Below the pieces are notes generated by a model, which worked only from the letters and a program-made list of their open reading frames with translations, searched no databases and had not been told where the DNA came from. A program made the translations under genes and the position numbers. DNA of 64,000 bases from positions 1-64,000 of the forward strand of contig NIVC01003880.1 in NCBI GenBank assembly GCA_002269645.1. The letters are read 5' to 3'. Shown piece after piece: positions 54,671 through 64,000 of the stretch. This DNA is from Macrostomum lignano (Eukaryota). Numbering within the stretch: position 1 is the stretch's first letter; each line of letters starts with the position of its first letter.

Positions 54671-57600
54671 TATGTAACTTTATTTGGACTTATATAGAGC
54701 TCAACAGATAATTCTTTAAATTTTCATAAGTTTCTGTGTATTTATGCATGATGTAATTATATTTATTCAATGTTAAAATCTATTTGTCTTGTGAGCAAGT
54801 TGCAATGGCAAATACTTCTTTATTTCTATTAGAACATTTATTAGGTAAAAATTTTGGAGTAAGATTATAAATGTATTTGTAACCTAAAAATGGGACAGTG
54901 ATTTAATTGTTGTATATATTTTTTATTAATATAAAAATAATTTGGTAGTATAAGCCATCAAGCCATCTTTATAGATTATATTTCAGCCCTATTCAAAAGA
55001 GCCTTTTTATAACCTTACAATCATTTAGCAGTTTTTAAAATAATTCTATGCAATTATAAGAAAAATGATATTATTTTAAAGACTAAGAGTTTATTCCTAT
55101 TATAGTATTAACTATTATACTCTTAAAGACTACAATACTTTTTTAAATTACAATGAGCAAGCCTACCTAGCATACTAACTGTAAATATAATAGGCAATAA
55201 CAATATACAATATATTAGGCAATGATAATAAATAATTCATTTAATTAAATATTAAGTTAAGTTATAAAATTAAAAGTCTTCATTTTAATTTTCAAGGAAT
55301 TGCCTTTTCTATTTATTTTATTTAGAGAACTTAGCAATTGATAGCAAGAGGCTAAGTTGCTAAACTAATAACTACTGATTTATTGTTTTTGCTTATACAT
55401 AAAATTTATTAAAGCTTATGTTACAAATTACTTATTCTAGCTTGCTCAATAAATTTAAGTTACTAAGTCTATTAGGAGGCCTAATAATTAATAGGAAATA
55501 AGAACTTTGACATATTTAGGATTTTCACAAAGATTGGTTCTAGAACTAGGCCTAGAATAATTCCAATTCTAGAACCAGAATCTGTAAGAAAAGGAAAGCT
55601 TCAAAGTCCAAACCCATTTTATGTTTGTTAGTCTTTATAGGCCTAATTTAATATTGTCTTTTCATGACTTTGCTTTGTCTTGGATATGACAGAAAAACAG
55701 AGTACTAATATATAATTAATAATAAAAAATTGAAAATTTAAAATATATTTTACTGTTAAAATGTAAGCATGACAATGGATTGAGAAAATTTTTCAAAGCG
55801 AATTCCAGAATTGGATCACAGTTCTAAATAAGTTAAAAATGGAACAGACAATATGAAAAGCTTCGAACCAATTCTGGTTCTGGAATCAGTAATATGAAAA
55901 GCCTAATTGACTGCTTGCTTGGAAGCATTTTGTTAGAAATTTGCAAGGAGTGCAATGCACATATAAAACTTGCTCAACCAAGGTAATGTTGGATCATTAA
56001 ACTTCTGGTCGCCAAAGTGACTGGTAGCCCCCTGCAGCTTTCGAGTTGCTAGCTTGTATGCTCTTATACCTATTCTACCTTGCATGCGGGCTCTACTATA
56101 TGTACTTTTAGAAACGTTCCTATGCTCATCCCTCATACTCATGCTTTGTCTAGATTTGAGACAATTTGATCTTGAATCTTGATAGACTTTCAAAGTCTAG
56201 ATTAAAGAATAACGAACATAGACAGATGGCCGGGGAACCTTCGCTTGGTTTGGGAGCGTAGCACAGAGCGCGCCACGCTTCTGTGTAGACGGCCGTTGTG
56301 TTACGCTCCGCTACCGTCTAAGCGGTAGTCTATAGGGTGTCGCTTGTCGAATGTTGAGTTTCTCAGAAAAATCAGAATTGAAATAAGTTTAAAATTTTCG
56401 AATAATTCGTAATCACCTGCAATAATTCTGAGACACAAAAAACAGCTAAAATAATAAAAAACTTCTTAGACTCAATTTTGCGAAAAAATAGCTAAATTGC
56501 TGCCAATGACGATCTTGCCTAATATAACGTTTTTAAACGTAATTTTGTATCCGGAAGTAGACATTCTACAACTTTTTCTGTTTCTAGAACGAATTTGGGC
56601 ATCACTATCTTTTTTAGTGGATAGAAGTTAATCAAAGACCTGAATTTAATCTGCTAACGCTATTAATTATAATGTTGTAGCGGACCACATCTTAGCAAAC
56701 CGCTCTATGACTAACTGCTATTAATGCCTATTATTGCTAGTCTGCTAATTTTGCCAATTTTTCAGCATATTCCTAAACTGTCGAATTTTCTATTTTTGCC
56801 ATATCAAAACCAGATTATTCAATATTCATTTCCATAAGATGATTATTCATCTCATTACTCATCTCAAATTACTCATCTCATTACGATCATCTCAAATTAC
56901 TCATCTTCTCTTTATGTCGACGTATAGACACAGCTGCATGTCGAAGGAAAATTTGAATAAAAAAAGGCAATTTCGTGCAATTGGCCGGAATAACGTTGCC
57001 GAAAATTATGCCCGGCGCTTGCTGTGAGAGCATTTGACCTAATTTATGCATTATAAACTGAGATTTTTAATTAGATTTTAAAATGGGCTTTATTCGTGTG
57101 CATATATCAAAGGACTAAAGTACTATGTACACTTGAGCAGACCATAAATGCTAAATTTTACTTATAGCAACATTGAAAAGCCGCGACGATCCTCTCGCTA
57201 CCTTTTGAGAATAAAAGTGAATTTTCTCTCTCATTTTTAAGAATAAGTATATGGTGATTTTTTCGTTTTCCATAATTTTTTGTCATTTCCGTTCCGTTCC
57301 GACATAAACATGATATTGCAACTTCGATTTTTGGCACTATTATTTGTGAATTGTAAGCAAAATGTTTGACTAATTAGCCTATAAGCATATGCAATGGTTG
57401 ACCTTTTAACGCATTGAATTACTCCACCAATCTATTCAAAACAAAACGATACAATTTATGCAATTAATACAAAGTACATATACACTCAATCCACCAGGCT
57501 ATAGGAGCAAGGGCGCGCGTCGTCACAGCTTTTATTGTGGACAAATGAAATTCTTACATGAAAATAAATTTCAATGCATTTGGAATGCATATTTTTGGCG

Positions 57601-58734
57601 CCCACATCAATCCAGTCCAGCAAGCTCATTAGCTAATTATGTACTCAATCTTAATAATGTACGTTAAAAGAGATGCAAGTGAAGTGAGCGTGAGCGCTAT
57701 TGGGGGGGGGGCGGCGACGAAACAAGATTAAAGCAATATTATTTTATAACCCAGCTCCCCAGTGGCAATGTCCTGCAGTATTTTTGCATTCAATAAAAAA
57801 AGAATATGACGTCAATGAAGAAGAGAAATATTGCTCGTAGCACAGATATATAGGCTGCATTGCCACTTTAGAATCATAGCTATATATGCTCAATAGAGTT
57901 TTTGCAGCGCACCCAGATTCCAAAGTTCTTATTACAGCCGCTGGGTGCGCTCCGTATGCAGTATTTTTGTGTACGATGAGAGATCTCACAGTTTCTATTA
58001 AAAGCAGCGTGACGCATAATGGAGAGCAAATAAATGGAGACAGCTCTAGTAGGACTGCAGAAAAACTTAAATGTTAGATAGAAAAACAAGAGGGAACGCA
58101 GTGAAGAACTTGCATACCTTGCTTTTTTATCATTAAATTAAATCGTTCTTGGCCAGTCGCGATATAAATTGTCATCTGCTTTTTCTATTGCTAGCGTGCA
58201 CTGACCGGCGTACGCATGCAGTAGTGTGGCGTCCATCGGATCTCAACCAATCGCTATGCATTTAATCAACCCACAATATGCTTGTAAACGATCATTGTAC
58301 TCACATCGCAACAGCATTCAACACGCGCAATTTCTAGCACGAATTGCTGAACACACCAGAGGGGGTGAGGGGTTGCCAGGCAGGAGTGAATAAAAAATAT
58401 TGAGAGGAGAGAGGAACAGGGGAGAGGGGGCTAAAGTCTACGCATACAATAAGAGGGAGCAATGTGAAGCAAGAGCATAGAATCTGCTATAGCCAAGCTC
58501 TTAACAATAAATTTCAGTAGTAGCTATATATTCAGCTAACGCATTGTCCAGCCAACCCCCCGCACATTGCAGCTGCCTCTCTCTTCTACCTTCGCCCCAC
58601 CCAAGCAGCACCCCTGCAAACCAGCTCCTTTGAGTATAAAAAACCTTTCAACAAAAAACGAAGACAAAAAACTCTTCTCAGTTTAGAAGCAGACTTAAAT
58701 TTGAGATATCTCCTGCTGCACCACAACCAACGTC

Positions 58735-61700
58735 ATGCTGCAGGCAAAAATTTTGCTCATCTTAGCCGCCGTCTGTTGCGGTCTCTTGACCCCGGTGGTA
58801 AGTCAGAACACCTACGGTTGCTCCGGAGCGGACCTCTCAAAGCGGAGGCTGACCAACTATGGCAAATACACGTTCATCTTGCACGCCTTGGCACCGAACA
58901 GCAGCTATCTGGAGCCAAACATGGACTGCACCATCACCATCATTGGGTACAGTTCCAGCCGTTGGCTAGTCACCTTGGATACTATCAGCCTTAGCGCTTA
59001 TCAGGTAAAGCTGATCGAATGCCTATCGGCCTTTTAAATAATGTATTCTTATACAAGTAGTGGATTTTACATGGTTTAGATAATAGAAGAGGATCAGGAG
59101 TAAGAATCAATTTTATCTTAGGACTTGGGATAGCTATACTCAGCAACATTGAAAAGTCGCCACTCTATGCGCCAGTGAGCAATTTCTCTTGGACTATTCT
59201 GAACTAAAAGGTACGAAAAAAACTGGTCAGGGTAACTTTAATCCATCCAATACCCGCCACACCGCTCCACCACTTTATTCCTCAACTCAAGTCTGCCGCG
59301 GCGTAGCTGAATGCGTCACTCGCAAAGATTGAGAGACTTCGCATGCACTCTCAAAGGTGGCGACCACAGATGGAATCTTCTGTGATGGCGATTTTTCGAT
59401 GTGCATTAAAAAGTCGCCACCTTTGAGAGTGCGCAGTAAATTCTAGCTCAGTATTGTCTTTTGAGCGACGCAACTTGCGCCAGAGTGAGGAGAGATTGGG
59501 AAGAGCGGAGGGCAAAGATTGGATGGATTGACGCTGCCGCCCGGTTTTCATGGTTTTTTCAAGCATTTTTAAGATCAAAATGGTTGGCCAGGTGATAGAC
59601 GCTGGTCGAAAAACACTGCTCACTGGGTCAAAGGGTGGCGACTTTTCAATGTCGATGATCCGTTATAGAAGTTCAATTCTTTTCTGGTAAGGCTGGATCT
59701 TTTTCATAAAGTACATTTTTAAGATGAGACGAGAACCGCATGCGTGGCGTGAGTTGCGTCACTTGGGTCTGATATCTAAACAAAGTTGACCATTGATTTC
59801 GGGGGTGGAAACTACTTTAACGTGTTGCTGAGTGCATGCACCAGAAAACAAAACGAAAAAAGTACGTATGAAGTGGTCGATCACTTGTGCAGACAAGTAA
59901 GCAGCATCTTCGATAAGAATGAGCGTTGATAAAATTTATTTTGATTTGATTTTTCGAATAAAATTACTGAGACCCCAATCAGGCAAGACGCCAGGTTGTA
60001 CTTTCATTAGATTTGTCAGTTTGCAGATAGTATGAGGTCTCCAAGTTTCTTAAAATCTAATACCAGAGTATAGCTCGTGAAACTCCAACTGCGAAGTGAG
60101 AATAAAAGCAATTTGTTTTGAGTCCCAAGCCTAAGTCTGATTATTCCATGGAATTTATAAGGTACTATATCTCTAGTGCTACATGTATACATGTACGGGC
60201 AACAAGTAGCCGACTTCGCTTCCGTGCCAAGTCACATTAATTTGCGGCTGGTGCACGAAACTTCACCTGCGGCGGGCATGACAAGCGATCCCAACCCACA
60301 CGAGAGGGCCAGCACCAAAGACAGAAAGACAGAGTTAGCATATATCTGACGCTGAGAAAGTCAGGGCCGCACTGTACAGCCCCCGTGCGAATGTGTGTGC
60401 CTGCGAAGAATGTAAGTGCGGTGCTCAGAGTTCAGCAGAATTGATTATAACTGCTAGCTTTCTTGCTGGCTTAAGATCAACAATCACCTTGATTTGCGGC
60501 CCTCTCTAATGCATGTGCGGCCATGAGAACGGAAGTACCGATAACGTTCCGAGAGGTCAATCGCCTGGGGGGGGTGCTAACTCCTGTTTTTCCTGTTTTT
60601 AAGCAACTGATAATAATAACAATAATAAAAAATTTATGACACCTTACCCTAATGGGCAGATGTGCAACCGCTATTGCGCGGCGCATCTGAAGGCTGCGTA
60701 CGGCTGTTCAGTCCAAGGACTGGGGGGGGGGTCGCCACACAGCCTCAATTACCCCAACTAATGCTGGCACCCATTTTACAGCTGGTGAACTGAAGCAATG
60801 CAGAGTTAAGTATCTAGCACAAGGACACAAATTCTTCCGAGTTGGGTCGAGAATCGAAAATCCGACCTTTCAGTCGTGAGTCCGACGCTCTGACCACTGG
60901 GCTACAACTAGGTTGACTGAAAATGTCGATATTTCTTCGCCCAGCAAGTCCCTAACCGGAACAATTCGTCACAATCTGTTTACGTCTCTTTCTCAGGCCG
61001 AGTTCGATGTCTACGAAGGCACCAGCACCAGAGGAAAGAACTTGATCTCTCTAAACAGCGCCGGGACTCTCTACCGACAGTTAGGCATCAGCAGCGGCAG
61101 CTTCACTGTCCGTCAGAAAACCAAATCAACGCCGGCCGGTAAGGCAACTGGCGTCCGGATGACCGTTGAACATCTGGAAACCTCAGATTGCCCAACTGGT
61201 TGGTACAAAGTCTCCAGCTCCGCTGGGTACTGCTACGGTGTGCCTAGACTGGCCCTGAACTTGACCTACGATGAGTCCGCTAAGGCCTGCAACATGCTGC
61301 TGGCCAACCTCGTCATGGGCAACTTCAACTACGACTCGATCTCGGCGGAGCTGTTCTCGGCGCCCTCGAGCGTTGTTAGCCCGCGACTGACATACTGGGT
61401 CGGCATGTACGAGAAGAACGACGAGCTGAAGTTCCTCAACAAGTACAACTCGCTTGAGTGAGTCTATTTTAACAGTTCATATCAAAGATTTTTGTAGTTG
61501 ATACCTTGGTCATAGTTGCAGATATTGTTAATAGGTGTTACCAAATTTCTTCGCATTGCCATCAGATTGAGTTTACAGAGTATAATTGAACGACTGGATA
61601 ATTGATGCTTAAGTCGTCCTTAAGATTCAACGCTGAATGCTTACAGACTGATTAAATGTCTTCCTTACAAAATACAATATGTACTCTCACACAATTTTTC

Positions 61701-62366
61701 ACAACTTCGATGAACACGTTAGACCTCAACTGATTCTGATTCTTAACTGGTCTACAATATTGCAGCAGCATTTCCGGCCGCCTGTGCAGTCAGACCAGCT
61801 CCGACTGCCAGTGCATCACTTACCAGAGCGGTCGCTTCTACAAAGACAACTGCAACACCAGGCGGCAGTACGTGTGCTACATGCCCAAGGGCGGAACCGA
61901 GTCCTACTACAACCTTAAAAGCCAGATAAATTCAGCCAGCAACGTCATAAGCATGATTGCCATCGTGCTGACTGTCGGCTTCATTCTGGTCATCCTGGTC
62001 AGCCTCATCGTCGTCTTTGTCTGCTGCATTCGTCGGAACGCTGCCGCTAGACGAACTCGACGACAGAGCAACTTTAATGCCGCCAATTCCAACGTCAACG
62101 CTGGACCATTCGTCATCGGCGAAGCCGCCGGAGTGCCGCCGTCCTACCCGATGCCGCCGCCACCCCCTCCGTTCACTGCCTCCCCCGCCGCTCCGCCCTA
62201 CACAGCCACCGCGCCAGCCTACTCCACCTACTCCAACCTAGGCTTCGAGGCTGGCGGCAATGACGCTGCGGCGCCGGCGACGTCCGCTGGAGCCAGCGGC
62301 GGCGACAACGGCGAGAAACCGCCGCCCTACAATCCCGACTGGTCGAGAAACAATGTGGCGGCCTGA
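58735..62366 (+). CDS. Type I membrane protein: signal peptide + CUB-like + C-type-lectin-like + TM + PY-motif tail. Exons 58735-59004, 60997-61457, 61766-62366, ~443 aa
   Basis: Signal peptide MLQAKILLILAAVCCGLLTPVVS; phase-consistent GT-AG junctions (1332 nt); DCTITI...AEFDVYEG (CUB-like); DCPTGW...YCY...ACN...YWVGM...CQCI...NCNTRRQYVCY (lectin-like); TM IAIVLTVGFILVILVSLIVVFVCCI; PPSY and PPPY motifs. Confidence 0.82.
59141..59657. mobile_element. Putative MITE/foldback element in intron 1 of the lectin gene
   Basis: Inverted repeat cagcaacattgaaaagtcgccac / gtggcgacttttcaatgtcgatg (21 of 23 match), plus an internal aaaagtcgccac copy near 59410. No clear TSD. Confidence 0.5.
60640..60907 (-). 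mobile_element. tRNA-derived SINE, near full length
   Basis: High similarity to the 17162 copy; A box tagcccagtgg; TTA-like tail at ~60608-60635. Confidence 0.88.
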
Positions 62367-62466
62367 TGATTTGGCAACCTATCGCGTAATATGGATATAG
62401 AACGGGCTCTATGCTGCTAACTGACAGGCTACGCCCCATCAACGAAGGTGCCATGGCAACAAAAGC

Positions 62467-62885
62467 CAGGGGAGTCGCCACTTCCCCCAAGTAAAAGCTA
62501 TTGGGGGATATGCCAATGCTCCCCCCCCCCACCCCACCTTGTGACCCGGTATGGAAAATCAATAATTTTGATTCAGGGCGACAAAATATAGCGCCTGTGG
62601 CGTCAAAATGAATGCCTGAAACACCAAAATGAGTGCCTGCAGCGAAAACAAGAGTGCCTCCGGCGCCAAAATGAGTGCCTCCGGCGCCAAAATGAGTGCC
62701 TCTGGCGCCAAAATGAGTGCCTCCGGCGCCAAAATGAGTGCCTCCGGCGCCAAAATGAGTGCCTCTGGCGCCAAAATAAGTGCCTGCAGCGCCAAATGAG
62801 CGCTGACAACGCCGATTCTTAAAATAGTGTACATGTAGAATTCTTTACTTTGTCCCCCACCATAAAACCAATGGCGACGCTCCTG
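62467..62885. mobile_element. MITE related to family B, carrying the 21-bp repeat in the opposite orientation (~62590-62800)
   Basis: Imperfect TIR caggggagtcgcca/tggcgacgctcctg; flanks acaaaagc/acaaaaga (7 of 8); internal gagtgcctccggcgccaaaat units. Confidence 0.65.
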
Positions 62886-63944
62886 ACAAAAGATGAATAC
62901 ATTGAAGCATAGATCTTCCCTGTTAGTGTACGCCTCCATATTTAAATAATTCAAATTCACATTTTTCGAAAGTTTGAAAACCAGACTTAATTTCGGCAGT
63001 GACTAGCTACACGCTTAATATATGACTAAGAGTAGCTCGATCGAGACTGAAACTTAAAATTGAAGCTTTGGTCTACCGGGCATACAGGTCTACAGGTCAG
63101 GGCATACAGCTCGGTCGATGCTGCCTTTTACTTTTGAATGAGTCCAAGGTATTGGGCGTGTTTTTAATTTTGTGGCCAAAAATTGATCATCAATTTATAC
63201 TTTGCTTTAAAATGTAATATTCATTGAATTTTTTGTCGTGTTCGGTGATTTATGTGCATCTTTAAAGGTACATTTTTTTGAGAAAACGTTTAAGAACTGG
63301 AAAACTTTTATGCACCTTTTTACATTTGGAATAATACGAGCGAGCGTACTTTGCTACCTGTAAATGCCTTGAAATTAGGGAGAATCATTCAGGTTTTTCC
63401 GGTACTATATGAAAGATACTATTTTATTTTGTTTCAATGTACTTCCTTAATTTGTGTCGATTTTCCAATTTATTTTTTGTACAGCTCCGTGTTACTGTAG
63501 CGAGACATGAAATCTGCATATTCGAAACAAATTAGTAATGAATATTTTAAAGTAAACAATTAAAGCTCTAAATATTCAAGACCTTTGCAGAGAAGCACTT
63601 TAGGCTGGCAAAGTTAACACAAAGTTGCATTCAGATCTGACTTTAAGTTTACCCTAACTTGTGATTTTAATAAAATTATCTATAATTTCTAATTAATAAA
63701 CCGAATCATAAACTATTACGACATTTATAATAATGGAAATATTAGTTCACAAATTTATTGATTATATAAATAGTATTCATGAAGATAAGTCTATTCTCAA
63801 CAACAAGCGGAATATTTGACGCAGACAAGTACATGTACGAGCATGCCATACAGAAAGAGAATAGATACTAGAGAGGGTGAGGAGAAGGAAACAGGAAATG
63901 GTGATAGGGCAGAGAAGTGGAGCAGAGATGAGAGAGAACTGTGG

Positions 63945-63948
<4 letters not shown>

Positions 63949-64000
<52 letters not shown>
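63949..64000. repeat. (GA)n microsatellite running to the window end
   Basis: Direct inspection. Confidence 0.97.

Noticed and set aside
55560-55890. ~16-bp inverted repeat attctagaaccagaat/attctggttctggaat
   Set aside because: Imperfect, in AT-rich DNA and without a TSD; too weak to call an element.
56221-56335. HDV-like or hammerhead ribozyme, or SL RNA gene
   Set aside because: No CUGAUGA/GAAA core, no P1 complement in the HDV order, and no leader-AUG|GU plus Sm-site arrangement on either strand.

Overview
Eukaryotic (metazoan) genomic DNA: GC-rich exons with GT-AG introns, AT-rich spacers and many minisatellite arrays. The style is reminiscent of the flatworm Macrostomum, but that is inference only. 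Reading frames were rebuilt by hand across splice sites. Recognisable genes: PIG-S (5 exons, -), MALSU1/RsfS-family (intronless, +), CCDC25 (2 exons, -), WDR44 (at least 5 exons, -). Less familiar genes: two tandem paralogs encoding a secreted PAN/apple + Thr-rich + ALK/LTK-type glycine-rich protein (the second is frameshifted; a third fragment lies at the left edge), an RG/Q-rich orphan, and a CUB-like + C-type-lectin-like membrane protein with PY motifs. Mobile DNA: a 5'-truncated RTE-type LINE with a 10-bp TSD, four tRNA-derived SINE copies, two hAT-like MITE families with ~8-bp TSDs, and a 3.3-kb non-autonomous hAT-like element carrying a mariner relic. Leads worth checking: a possible spliced-leader-supplied start codon for WDR44, an SL-like tail at the MALSU1 start, an E-box/CCAAT unit amplified ~15 times just upstream of CCDC25, and a GAGAATCGCC core shared by four different minisatellites. 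No prokaryotic features or CRISPR arrays were found.
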